The notes beneath the pieces are model-generated. The model saw nothing but the letters and a program-made list of their open reading frames with translations. It was not told the DNA's origin and ran no database searches. Source: Deltaproteobacteria bacterium (GTDB taxonomy: Bacteria; DRYD01). From it: DNA of 64,000 nucleotides. The position numbers and the translations under genes are program-made. Location: positions 4,272 through 68,271 of the forward strand of contig JAPYWL010000003.1 of assembly GCA_028276365.1 (NCBI GenBank), read 5' to 3'. This document shows positions 10,436 through 20,065 of this stretch, in pieces. Position 1 is the first letter of the stretch. Each line of letters begins with the position of its first letter.

Positions 10436-10861
10436 TTACAAGGTATCTTTATTTTTTAGTTTTTTTAAAAATTCTTCTTGAATAATAAGCATTTCGTTTG
10501 ATTCAGAAAAACCACAAGAATGTAGCAAAGAATGAATTAACACTCTTAATAACTCTTCTTCATAACTAACTTTATATTTCCTTGAGTTATTATAAATAAC
10601 ATTTAAACAAATAAAAATAAAAATGGAATCATCATAAATAAGAGTAATTGTATCCGTAAAATTATCAATATTAAAATACATCTTTTTTAATTCTCTTATT
10701 TTTTTAATAGATAATGTTTGTATGTATATCTTTTTATCTTCTATTTTTTTAGCTAAATCATGATATTCACTCACAAAGTAACCCAAAATTTTATAAAATA
10801 AATTTAAAACTTTTAAATTGTTAGAATAAATAATATTACTTTTAGCTAATTTTTTATACAT
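10436..10861 (-). CDS. ybeY: rRNA maturation endoribonuclease YbeY
   Basis: H-x3-H-x5 style motif HSLLHSCGF, about 140 aa, and located directly downstream of a 7TM-HD (PgpH) gene as in many bacteria. Confidence 0.6.
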   Translation of the reverse strand: MYKKLAKSNIIYSNNLKVLNLFYKILGYFVSEYHDLAKKIEDKKIYIQTLSIKKIRELKKMYFNIDNFTDTITLIYDDSIFIFICLNVIYNNSRKYKVSYEEELLRVLIHSLLHSCGFSESNEMLIIQEEFLKKLKNKDTL

Positions 10862-10878
10862 AATTAAACTAAAGTATA

Positions 10879-13041
10879 CTAATTGTTTTTCTTAAAAGCG
10901 GGGTAAGAAATCCTTTTATGATAACTTATAAGCAAGTATTTAATTACTTCCTGCTTTATTATATTTATATCGTTAAGAGTAATATTAGAATCAGAAAATT
11001 GATCTTCATTAAGTAGTCTATTAATAATATTTTCTGTTAGTTTATAGATAGAATTAAAAGATATTTCATTTAAAGATCTAGAAGCAGCTTCAATACTATC
11101 ACAAATCATAAGGATAACCATCTCCTTAGTATAAGGTTTAGGACCATCATATTTATAATCGTTTATATCAATCTCATATTTCTTATTTTCCTTAGCTCTC
11201 TGTAAAGCTTTAGTATAAAAATACCATATAATAGTAGTACCATGATGAGTTCTAATAAAATCAATTAATTTTTTAGGTAATTTATATTTATTAGCAATCT
11301 CAACCCCTTTTTTAACGTGATTCTTAATAATAAGAGCACTTAAATGAGGTTCAATTTTATCATGGGGATTCTCTTGTCCCTCTTCTAAATTTTCCGCAAA
11401 ATAATTAGGTTTATCAATTTTCCCAATATCATGATATAATGCCCCTAATTTAACCAATAAAGGATTAGCATTAATAGCTTTAGCACAATTCTCACATAAC
11501 TCTGAAACCCTAACACTATGATTAAAAGTCCCCGGAGCTTTCTCCCTTAACATAGTTAATAATTCATTATTTAAATCTAATAATTCTCTTAGTTTATAAT
11601 AAGATATCCCTCCTAATCCTTTCCCTAAATAAATTATTATAAAATTACCTAAGCCAAAAACTAAAATAACCGAAATTACCCACCATAAAACATTAACAGG
11701 ATTATTAAAATTAAATAAAACAAAAACTATAATTGATAATAAGAAAAATACTAAAAACTGGTTAAATAAGCTATATGATAAGACATCCTCGTTATTATCA
11801 TTAGTAAAAATAATAAAAAATAAAATAGAACTAACAATAAAGGGAACTATAAAAGAAATATTTAACATCTCTTGATAATACAAATAATTTAACAACTCCA
11901 AAAGAACTAAAATAATTCCAAAATATACCCATGCAAATCTTATGCCAATAATATAATAAATTATAATACAAAACAATAAAAAAGGAAAAATAAAATAAAC
12001 AGAATCAAAATAAAATTTAATTACCACAACTGAATTGATAAAAATTAGAGTTATAATAAAAAATTTTAAATTCAAATCAAACAAATAATCATATTCTTCA
12101 TTCTTAGCAAAAAGTTTATTAAATAAAAACAATAATAAAATACTTAAAAGAAAAACAATAAAAGAATAAATAAATAAGTAATAAAATTGTATCTTATAAA
12201 ACTTTTGATCTAAGCCCATTTTTTTTATAATATTTAATAATTCAGGATTTATTAAAGTTTTTTTAGGTACAACTATTTCACCTTTCTTTATTTCAAAATG
12301 AGTAGGAATATTTTTTAAATATTCCCTCTGAGTTTCTAAAGTCTTTTGAATATCAAATATTTTATTAAAAATTATTAAATTAGATATTTTTTTTAATATA
12401 ATCTTTTTATAAGCATTTAAATTCTGAATTTCTTTAGGATCGTTTGATAATACAGAAATATCTAAAATACCATCAATTTCAGAAATCACTTTAGGAATAT
12501 CATTAAATTCTATCCCATTTTGTAATTTTAAAATTAAATAACCTTTAATTGAATTATAAAAATACTCAACATACTCAGACTTTATAGATAAAATTAAATT
12601 AATTTCAGCTTCATTAAAATATCTTTTTAGATTATTAACATCTTTTTTAATTTGAGGTAAAAAAAATTGATCAATATTATATATATTTTTTTGAGTTTTT
12701 TTTATATCAATATAATACTCTTTTATCTGAGATATTTTTTTCAGTTTCTCCAGAGTTTCATAAGTATAACCAGAAATAAATAAATCTTTATCAGCTATAA
12801 TATCAAATCTAACAACTTTCTTTATATCATAAACATTAAATAATAAAAAATAATTTAATAAAAATAAACCAAAACTTATAAAAAAAGTATAAGCTATATT
12901 CCGATATATTTCATTATTTTTTAAATTTTTTAAAAAATTTTTTAAGCTATAGAAAAAAGTAGGGACAAATTTAAATACTATATTAAGATAATTATGTAAA
13001 TTTTTATTATGAGAATCCTTAATAGAAAAATTAGAAAACAT
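10879..13041 (-). CDS. pgpH: 7TM receptor with intracellular HD hydrolase domain (PgpH/YqfF family)
   Basis: Extracellular N-terminal domain, a 7-TM block, and an HD domain (LGALYHDIGK, RTHHGT). Confidence 0.8.
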   Translation of the reverse strand: MFSNFSIKDSHNKNLHNYLNIVFKFVPTFFYSLKNFLKNLKNNEIYRNIAYTFFISFGLFLLNYFLLFNVYDIKKVVRFDIIADKDLFISGYTYETLEKLKKISQIKEYYIDIKKTQKNIYNIDQFFLPQIKKDVNNLKRYFNEAEINLILSIKSEYVEYFYNSIKGYLILKLQNGIEFNDIPKVISEIDGILDISVLSNDPKEIQNLNAYKKIILKKISNLIIFNKIFDIQKTLETQREYLKNIPTHFEIKKGEIVVPKKTLINPELLNIIKKMGLDQKFYKIQFYYLFIYSFIVFLLSILLLFLFNKLFAKNEEYDYLFDLNLKFFIITLIFINSVVVIKFYFDSVYFIFPFLLFCIIIYYIIGIRFAWVYFGIILVLLELLNYLYYQEMLNISFIVPFIVSSILFFIIFTNDNNEDVLSYSLFNQFLVFFLLSIIVFVLFNFNNPVNVLWWVISVILVFGLGNFIIIYLGKGLGGISYYKLRELLDLNNELLTMLREKAPGTFNHSVRVSELCENCAKAINANPLLVKLGALYHDIGKIDKPNYFAENLEEGQENPHDKIEPHLSALIIKNHVKKGVEIANKYKLPKKLIDFIRTHHGTTIIWYFYTKALQRAKENKKYEIDINDYKYDGPKPYTKEMVILMICDSIEAASRSLNEISFNSIYKLTENIINRLLNEDQFSDSNITLNDINIIKQEVIKYLLISYHKRISYPAFKKNN

Positions 13042-13061
13042 GATAAAAAAAATAAACTTAA

Positions 13062-13937
13062 TTATTTAAGAGCTTCAACACCAGCAACTATTTCTAATAA
13101 TTCCTTAGTAATAGATTCCTGTCGCTTCTTAAAGAAAAGTAATTTAAGATCCTTAATAAGATTCTCAGCATTTTCAGTTGCAGTATTCATTGCCATTAAT
13201 CTTGCACTAAACTCCGATAACTTACTATCTAATATCAACTGATAAATTAAAGAATTAACATAAATTTCGAATATCTCTTGTCCAATATCATCTAAAGAAG
13301 GCTCAAATATAAAGTGATCCACATTATCACTTTTCTCTTCCTTTATATCAATCAAACTTACATCAAAAGGTAAAAGCTTAATAGAAATAGGTAAAAACTT
13401 AGAAGGACTATAATACTTCGTATAAATTACCTCAATTCCTGAAACTCTTTCATGTAAATTAAAAATTTCATATCTTAATCGTTTAATAAAATCAAAAGAA
13501 GGGATATCTCCAACCTTATCAAAAGTAGCAAACAAATTATAACCCCTTCTAGAAAAATAGCTAACAGCTTTTTTACCCACTGGAATAATTATTAATTTTT
13601 CCTTTAAATTAAGATACTTTTTTTCAAAATAATTAAATATATTAGTGTTAAATGCTCCACATAAACCCTTATCCGACGTAGCAACAATTAAGCCAATTTT
13701 ATCTCCTTGTTTTTCTTTAAGAATATCTAAATTCCCTAAATTCAATCTAAAATCAGTATTTCTTAATAAAACAGAAACTATTTTCTGTAGATCCTTAATA
13801 TACTCTCTAAAAGGTAAAAAAGCCCTTTGAATTTTTTTTATTTTAACACTAGCAATTAACTTCATAGCTCTCGTTATTTGTTTTATATTATCTGCAGCCT
13901 TTATTCTATTCTTCAATTCTTTTAAAGCCATTGACAT
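13062..13937 (-). CDS. atpG: F-type ATP synthase gamma subunit
   Basis: N-terminus ALKELKNRIKAADNIKQITRAMKLIASVK, C-terminus RQESITKELLEIVAGVEAL, 291 aa. Confidence 0.85.
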   Translation of the reverse strand: MSMALKELKNRIKAADNIKQITRAMKLIASVKIKKIQRAFLPFREYIKDLQKIVSVLLRNTDFRLNLGNLDILKEKQGDKIGLIVATSDKGLCGAFNTNIFNYFEKKYLNLKEKLIIIPVGKKAVSYFSRRGYNLFATFDKVGDIPSFDFIKRLRYEIFNLHERVSGIEVIYTKYYSPSKFLPISIKLLPFDVSLIDIKEEKSDNVDHFIFEPSLDDIGQEIFEIYVNSLIYQLILDSKLSEFSARLMAMNTATENAENLIKDLKLLFFKKRQESITKELLEIVAGVEALK

Positions 13938-13964
13938 AAATTTTCACCTTCTCCTTCTCTATTT

Positions 13965-14534
13965 TTAATCCTTCTCTATTTTTATAGCTTTATCTAAAAT
14001 CAAAACCCCATTTAAATGATCATATTCATGCTGTATAACCCTAGCTTTAAAATCCTCATATTCCTTAATTACTTCATTTCCATTTAAATCAACATATTTT
14101 ATTTTTATCTTATTGCTTCTTCTAATTAAAGCAGAAACAAAAGGAACACTTAAACACCCCTCCCAATCCTCATTAAACTGCTTAGAATATTCTATTATCT
14201 CAGGATTAATAAAAACCTCTATATCATCAAGTGATTGTATCTCCTTTTTTTCTCTCTTTACTTCTTCTCTATTATCAATATCTCTTTTTATTATAAATAC
14301 TTTCATATCAAAACCAACCTGAATGGCAGATAAACCCACCCCATCATAGTAATCCATCGTCTTAGCTAAAGATAAAATAAAATTCAAAAACTCCTCCCTC
14401 TTTATTAAATTAAGATTAACTTTCTTTGATTTCTTTCTTAATATTTTATTAGGAACAGTAATTATATCAAAAATAATAGCTTTTTTGTTATTAATCACAT
14501 TATATTTTTTTTCTTGTCCCAAAAAAGAATCCAT
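13965..14534 (-). CDS. def: Peptide deformylase
   Basis: Motifs GVGLSAIQVG, EGCLSVP and HEYDHLNG. Confidence 0.9.
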   Translation of the reverse strand: MDSFLGQEKKYNVINNKKAIIFDIITVPNKILRKKSKKVNLNLIKREEFLNFILSLAKTMDYYDGVGLSAIQVGFDMKVFIIKRDIDNREEVKREKKEIQSLDDIEVFINPEIIEYSKQFNEDWEGCLSVPFVSALIRRSNKIKIKYVDLNGNEVIKEYEDFKARVIQHEYDHLNGVLILDKAIKIEKD

Positions 14535-14576
14535 CTAATTCTCCCTGCTATTTTAAAAACTTTTTATTTTAAATAT

Positions 14577-16007
14577 TTATAAAATTTTTTTCAGCAATCT
14601 TAGATGAATATTAGAAAATCCAAAAATATCAAGTTTAAAATCTACCTTTAAATTATTAAAAAATGGATTAGCAAAGGTAATTAAATTAATTTCCTTTACT
14701 CCCCTATCTCTTAATATATTAACAAATTCTATAAAATTAGAATCCTTATAAATAGGCAAATAAAATAAATTAACTACTTCTTTTATTTTATCTACATAAT
14801 TTCTATTTAAATTAATATTCCAATTATTCATATTAATATAACAAACTTCCCTTTTATTAATAAAATTCTTTATTTTATCCACAATTCCTATTTCTTCTAA
14901 ATATGAATTAAAAAACACAAAATTAACAGAACCATTATTAAAATTAAATTTGAATCTTTTTATATCACCTTCAATATTGATTTTAAAATTAAATTCATTA
15001 TAAAACCAGTTTTTCAGATCAATATAATCTCTATCTAAATCATTATTAAAATTTTCATTAATAAAATTAATAAAATTATTTACTTTATTATACTTATTTA
15101 ACAAAACTTTTAAAAAATGTTCATTTTTAAGAGCATAATCAGAAATAATATTAATAGCTTCTTCTTTTAACTCATCTTTCCCTAAAACCAGCAACACATC
15201 AACTCCAGCAATTAAAGAATTAATAAGAACATCTTTAAAATCAAAATTCTTTAAAGCCAACATATTTAAAGCATCACTAAAAACAATTCCTTTATAATCT
15301 TGTTTATTAATTAAATTTAAAATCTTCTTAGATAAAGTAGCAGGTAAATTATCAACATCTTTATAAACCACATGAGCTGTCATTACTGAATCTAAATTTT
15401 CTAAATTATTAATAAAAACATTTAATTCATTATAATCTAAATTAGTTTCAGGCAAAGAAAGATGACTATCAGCAAAAGTAGAACCATGCCCTGGAAAATG
15501 CTTACCACAATTATAAATCCCAACCTTTTTATATCCCTTAATAAAAAACTTAGATAACTCTAAAACTTTTTTATAGTCATTAGAAAAACTTCTAACCCCT
15601 ATTATTGGATTTTCTAAATTAGAATTAACATCCAAAACAGGAGAAAAATTCAAATTAAAACCAGCCATTTTTAAAATTAATCCATTAAAATAAGCCAACT
15701 TAAAAGCATCCTCTTTATTATTAATAACCCATTGACTACAAATAGCAGGATAATCTTCAAAATCAAACCTAAAAACTACCCCACCCTCTTGATCTATACT
15801 CCTTAACAAATTTAACCCAAATTTACTTTTATAAATCTCCTTATAATAATTATTTAAATCTTTAATTTCATCAAAATTTAGATTCTTTAAATCTTTATAA
15901 AATAAAATATATCCCGCAAAAGTATATTTAAAAACAAAATCTTTATTATCTATATCTATTAAAATTAATCTTGAAACTATATTACTTATTTCCTTTTTAC
16001 TTATCAT
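14577..16007 (-). CDS. nagZ: Glycoside hydrolase family 3 beta-N-acetylhexosaminidase (NagZ-like) with C-terminal extension
   Basis: IDQEGG and KHFPGHGSTFADSH motifs of GH3. Confidence 0.7.
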   Translation of the reverse strand: MISKKEISNIVSRLILIDIDNKDFVFKYTFAGYILFYKDLKNLNFDEIKDLNNYYKEIYKSKFGLNLLRSIDQEGGVVFRFDFEDYPAICSQWVINNKEDAFKLAYFNGLILKMAGFNLNFSPVLDVNSNLENPIIGVRSFSNDYKKVLELSKFFIKGYKKVGIYNCGKHFPGHGSTFADSHLSLPETNLDYNELNVFINNLENLDSVMTAHVVYKDVDNLPATLSKKILNLINKQDYKGIVFSDALNMLALKNFDFKDVLINSLIAGVDVLLVLGKDELKEEAINIISDYALKNEHFLKVLLNKYNKVNNFINFINENFNNDLDRDYIDLKNWFYNEFNFKINIEGDIKRFKFNFNNGSVNFVFFNSYLEEIGIVDKIKNFINKREVCYINMNNWNINLNRNYVDKIKEVVNLFYLPIYKDSNFIEFVNILRDRGVKEINLITFANPFFNNLKVDFKLDIFGFSNIHLRLLKKIL

Positions 16008-16031
16008 AACCTCTAATTTTTACACATCTTT

Positions 16032-16469
16032 TTATTTATTAATTTTATTTTTGATAGAATTTTTTATTATATTATTTCTTATTCTGTTTAAAATTAATTT
16101 GTAATAATTATAATATCCAATATTTTTTACAAATTCCTTATTAGTTCCCTTATTAATTATAAAATTAGCTTTAAATTCATTTAATCTATTTTTTTTAGGT
16201 ATATCATTTAAAATTATAATTTCTTTAATTAATTGATTAATTCCATTAGAAACTAAATAATTATTTAAATACTTTAATAATTTCTGTTTATTCTGAATTG
16301 CTAATAAATAAGAGGAATAATCATAAAAAATCAAAATTAGCTTGGAATCTCTAAAAGACTTTACCTTACAATTCTTAAAAAGTTTTGTATTTTTAAGTAA
16401 AAAAATAATCTTAAAAATATGATTATAATTATTGATTAAATTACTAAAAATATTCTTAATATTGTACAT
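16032..16469 (-). CDS. Hypothetical protein, possibly DUF721/DciA-like
   Basis: Start re-set to the ATG at 16469, just after the secD stop. The track start is a TTG inside secD. The pattern of the central region (KVKSFRDSKLILIFYDYSSYLLAIQ...LLKYLN) is reminiscent of DUF721, but the assignment is weak. Confidence 0.3.
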   Translation of the reverse strand: MYNIKNIFSNLINNYNHIFKIIFLLKNTKLFKNCKVKSFRDSKLILIFYDYSSYLLAIQNKQKLLKYLNNYLVSNGINQLIKEIIILNDIPKKNRLNEFKANFIINKGTNKEFVKNIGYYNYYKLILNRIRNNIIKNSIKNKINK

Positions 16470-16470
16470 A

Positions 16471-17733
16471 TCACTTAATCTCAATTAATTTAGGATTATA
16501 ATAAAAAGTTAAATACATAAAAGACTTAGTGATATAAATAGCAGTAAAGAAACTAATAACATTACCCCAAAGCAAAGCAAATCCAAATCCCTGAATAATA
16601 GAAGTTCCAAAAATCATAAGAATAAGAGCTGCAATTATAGTAGTTAAATGACTATCCAAAATAGTATCAAAAGAACGTTTAAAAGCCAAATCTATAGCAG
16701 TATTTAAAGGCTTATTATCTCTTATTTCTTCTTTCAATCTTTCAAAAATTATTATATTAGCATCAACAGCCATACCAATAGATAAAATAATTCCCGCAAT
16801 AGACCCTAAAGTTAAAACAGTATTACTAATAGAAATAATAGTTAAAAACAAAGCAGTATAACTAAGCAAAGCAAAATCAGCTAATAAACCAGGAACTCTA
16901 TAAAAAATAAGCATAAATATACAAACAATTAGTAATGCAATAACACCTGCTATTAAGCTTCTTTTTAAATGTTTCTCACCTAAAGATGGCCCAATAGTAT
17001 AAGCTTCTAATATCTTCGGCGGATACTGTAACTTCCCTGAATTTAAATAGATAGCTAAATCCTTTGCTTCCTTTAAAACACTTTCCTTATCTTTATTATA
17101 ACCTAATTCAATTATTCCACTACCACCCGTTATAACAGATCTAACAATAGGAGCAGAAATTTCTTTATCATCAAAATAAATATAAATAGGCTTATTTAAA
17201 TACTGTCTAGTAATTTCTTCAAAAATTTTAGCTCCTTTATTATCCAAACTAAAAGCTACATAAGGTTGCCCCGCATTATTAAACTCAACTCTCGCACTAA
17301 TAATACTATCCCCAGTTAATACAGTCTTTTTATAAACATTACCAGTATTAGGATCATATTCTTCCACTTTAAATTCTAATCTCCCAACTTTTGTCACCTT
17401 TTCTATAGCATCATTAGTATCCGATACTTCAGGAATCTCTATAATAATCCTATTATTACCTGCTTGTTGAATCACTACCTCCTGAGTACCCGTAGGATTT
17501 AATCTCTTTTCTAAAATATTAATTACTTGCTGGATCTCTGCATTTGAAATCTGTTTCAATTTAGGATCATAAATTTCTAACATTAAATGAATTCCATATC
17601 TTAAATCCAATCCCAATTTTATAGGGACCCCTCCTTTTTTTGATAAAACAGGAGAAAATAAATAATAAATCATAAATAATGTACCTAAAATTATTAAAAT
17701 ACTATAAATAATACTAATCTCTTTTTTTAGCAT
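16471..17733 (-). CDS. secD: Protein translocase subunit SecD
   Basis: Periplasmic domain followed by a 6-TM C-terminus (GIILSIGMAVDANIIIFERLKEE). Start re-set to the ATG at 17733, which is preceded by GGAGGGG. The track start was TTG. Confidence 0.8.
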   Translation of the reverse strand: MLKKEISIIYSILIILGTLFMIYYLFSPVLSKKGGVPIKLGLDLRYGIHLMLEIYDPKLKQISNAEIQQVINILEKRLNPTGTQEVVIQQAGNNRIIIEIPEVSDTNDAIEKVTKVGRLEFKVEEYDPNTGNVYKKTVLTGDSIISARVEFNNAGQPYVAFSLDNKGAKIFEEITRQYLNKPIYIYFDDKEISAPIVRSVITGGSGIIELGYNKDKESVLKEAKDLAIYLNSGKLQYPPKILEAYTIGPSLGEKHLKRSLIAGVIALLIVCIFMLIFYRVPGLLADFALLSYTALFLTIISISNTVLTLGSIAGIILSIGMAVDANIIIFERLKEEIRDNKPLNTAIDLAFKRSFDTILDSHLTTIIAALILMIFGTSIIQGFGFALLWGNVISFFTAIYITKSFMYLTFYYNPKLIEIK

Positions 17734-17746
17734 ATACCCCTCCAAA

Positions 17747-17803
17747 ATATCTTAAAATTATTTTTAGATATATCTTAAAATTATTTTTAGATATTAAAAT
17801 TAT
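17747..17803. repeat. Tandem direct repeat, two perfect 23-bp units plus a degenerate partial third
   Basis: 17747-17769 and 17770-17792 are identical (atatcttaaaattatttttagat). Each unit is an imperfect inverted repeat. The repeat ends about 4 nt before the secD SD on the minus strand. Confidence 0.85.
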
Positions 17804-17811
17804 CAGCTTAT

Positions 17812-18963
17812 TTAAAAATATTTTTCTTTAATTTCATTAACTGCTTGAGTCATATTAAATAATTTTTTAAACGCTATCTCCCAAGTTCTTGTCCTTAATC
17901 CACAATCTGGAGAAATATAAATTCTAGCAGGATCCTGAATTATATCTAAAGCATACAATATCCTGTCTTTTATAAGTTCCTTAGATTCTATAAAATCAGT
18001 ATGAACATCAATAACCCCTAATCCTACTATAAACTTAGAATTCTTAAAATATTTCAAAATTTCATATCCTTTCCTATTAATTTTACCCAATTCAATACTA
18101 TCCCTATTAGCATATTCAAAATGAAATTCATCTATTACCCCTTCTAATTCATATAAATTAGGAAATAATAAAGAATAATCAGAAAAACAAATATGAATGG
18201 AAAAGAATAAATCACTATTTTCATTTTTTAAATCTTGAACAGTTTTTTTAATAGCATCAACAAATAGATTTATTTCATTTCTCTTAGTAGTAGCAGCAGG
18301 CTCATCAATTTGAATATACTTAACCCCTAAATCTAATAATGATTTTATATTTTCTTTAATAATATAGGCCATATCATTTAAAAAATTAGCTCTATTATTA
18401 TAAGATACATTCTCAGCAATAGAAACATTTTTAAAATAATATTCATCAAAAGACCAATCAACTAAAGTATAAGGCCCCGTTAATGGAATCTTAACATCTT
18501 TTTTAGCAATAAATAAAATATTTTTAGCTTCATCAAGATGATAGTAGTTCTTTAGTTTAGGTTTATCAATAACAGCAGCCTTTTTATAATATTTATAATC
18601 AAAACTAACAACATTATCCTTAAATTCAAAACCATAAATATTTTTAATAGGATATTCATACATTTCCACTCTATGCTGCTCCCCATCATATACTAAATCC
18701 AACCCAGCTTTTTCTAATAATCTAATAGCATATAGAGAAGAATAATATATTATTCTTTCTTTCTCTTCATTAGAAAAATTAACTTTTTTAGAAAGTAAAT
18801 TAATTAATTCTGAAACATCCTGAATATCTAAAAAATTAGCCCATTCAATAGCTTGATTAATATCATCCTCTGTAATTGGTAAATTTCTAAAAGGCTTAAC
18901 TCTCCAAGAAGGCTTAGCTAAAGAACCTATCTCATGTGTTAATAATATTTTTCTATCTTTCAT
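17812..18963 (-). CDS. Cobalamin-independent methionine synthase catalytic-domain protein (short MetE-like, COG0620 type)
   Basis: HEIGSL N-terminus, HICFSDY, and the C-terminal YISPDCGLRTR zinc-ligand motif. At 383 aa it is single-domain. Confidence 0.65.
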   Translation of the reverse strand: MKDRKILLTHEIGSLAKPSWRVKPFRNLPITEDDINQAIEWANFLDIQDVSELINLLSKKVNFSNEEKERIIYYSSLYAIRLLEKAGLDLVYDGEQHRVEMYEYPIKNIYGFEFKDNVVSFDYKYYKKAAVIDKPKLKNYYHLDEAKNILFIAKKDVKIPLTGPYTLVDWSFDEYYFKNVSIAENVSYNNRANFLNDMAYIIKENIKSLLDLGVKYIQIDEPAATTKRNEINLFVDAIKKTVQDLKNENSDLFFSIHICFSDYSLLFPNLYELEGVIDEFHFEYANRDSIELGKINRKGYEILKYFKNSKFIVGLGVIDVHTDFIESKELIKDRILYALDIIQDPARIYISPDCGLRTRTWEIAFKKLFNMTQAVNEIKEKYF

Positions 18964-18981
18964 ATTACCCCCTGAGAATAA

Positions 18982-19422
18982 TTAAGCATTAATATAAGAT
19001 TTTAAAATCCATACCGCAGATAAACTATCTATTCTTTCTTTTAATCTTCTTTTAATTTTAGGTTTAACTTTTTCATTTTTTAAATTAATATAATTAATTA
19101 AATCACAAGCTAAAAAAGTAGAATACTCTTCATTAATATAGTTAATTTCAATTAAAATATTATTTTTTTTTAAAAAATTAAGTAAATTATTTGAAAAATT
19201 TTGGATTTCATTAAAAATAGGTGCTTCTTGATAAGTTTTAGTAAAAACTGGTTTACCTATAACTATTTTCCTTATATCATATTTTAAAATAATCTCTTGA
19301 ATTTTATATAATATCTGATGATTATTAGAGAAAACCCCAATAGGATTTATATTTTTAGAAATAGAATTAGCAATAGCTAATCCTATTTTTTTTTTACCCC
19401 AATCTATTCCTAAGATCCTCAT
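18982..19422 (-). CDS. ruvX: Putative pre-16S rRNA nuclease / Holliday-junction-resolvase-like YqgF
   Basis: MRILGIDWGKKKIGLAIA N-terminus typical of the YqgF family, 146 aa. Confidence 0.75.
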   Translation of the reverse strand: MRILGIDWGKKKIGLAIANSISKNINPIGVFSNNHQILYKIQEIILKYDIRKIVIGKPVFTKTYQEAPIFNEIQNFSNNLLNFLKKNNILIEINYINEEYSTFLACDLINYINLKNEKVKPKIKRRLKERIDSLSAVWILKSYINA

Positions 19423-19454
19423 AGATTACTATTTTTTATAGATTACTATTTTTT
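19421..19454. repeat. Perfect 17-bp tandem duplication spanning the rpsM stop and ruvX start
   Basis: atagattactatttttt occurs at 19421-19437 and again at 19438-19454. One copy contains the last two Lys codons and the stop of rpsM. The other abuts the ruvX ATG. Confidence 0.9.
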
Positions 19455-19817
19455 CTTAGTACCAATTCTATTAGGTCTAGGCCCTTTTCTAGTTCTAGCA
19501 TTGGTTCTAGTCCTTTGTCCCCTTACAGGTAATCCCTTTTGATGCCTAATACCCCTATAACATCTAATTTCAATTAATCTTCTTATATTTTGATTAATCT
19601 CTCTTCTTAAATCGCCTTCTACTACATAATTATTATCGATAAATTGCTGAATTTTAGAAACTTCTTCAGGTGTTAAATCCTTAGCTTTTTTATAAGGATC
19701 TATATTACATGCTTTTAATATTTCTTTAGCTCTTGTTTTCCCTATTCCATAGATATATCTTAATGCTATCCAAAGTTGTTTATTTTCAGGTATATTAACA
19801 CCAGATATACGAGGCAT
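19446..19817 (-). CDS. rpsM: 30S ribosomal protein S13
   Basis: [13 protein letters not shown]...ALRYIYGIG, with a basic C-terminus. Confidence 0.95.
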   Translation of the reverse strand: MPRISGVNIPENKQLWIALRYIYGIGKTRAKEILKACNIDPYKKAKDLTPEEVSKIQQFIDNNYVVEGDLRREINQNIRRLIEIRCYRGIRHQKGLPVRGQRTRTNARTRKGPRPNRIGTKKK

Positions 19818-19833
19818 AATTCAATTTCCTCCT

Positions 19834-19947
19834 TTATCCTTGTACTTGCTTATGTTTTTTATTTTTACAAATAACTCTTACTTTCCCTTTCCTTTTTATA
19901 ACCTTACAATAAGCACAAATTTTTTTTACACTCGCCCTTACTTTCAT
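19834..19947 (-). CDS. rpmJ: 50S ribosomal protein L36 (zinc-binding form)
   Basis: Hand translation gives [37 protein letters not shown]. An AAGGAGGT SD lies upstream. The gene is absent from the ORF track because of its size. Confidence 0.9.
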   Translation of the reverse strand: MKVRASVKKICAYCKVIKRKGKVRVICKNKKHKQVQG

Positions 19948-20065
19948 AAAATAATCTACCTCCTTAATTAAACTTCCCTACCTTAATATTTTATATAACT
20001 TCCTAAAAAATAATCCCTGTAAAAATTATATAATAAAAAAATAAAAAAATAAAAGAAAATTAAAT

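Noticed and set aside
19948-20065. Sigma-70-type promoter in the rplF-rpmJ spacer (TTTACA...TATAAA-like hexamers), and similarly upstream of rpsJ (29490-29683).
   Set aside because: Hexamer spacing was non-canonical (19-21 nt). In DNA this AT-rich, -10-like hexamers occur everywhere, so a promoter call is not supportable without transcript data.
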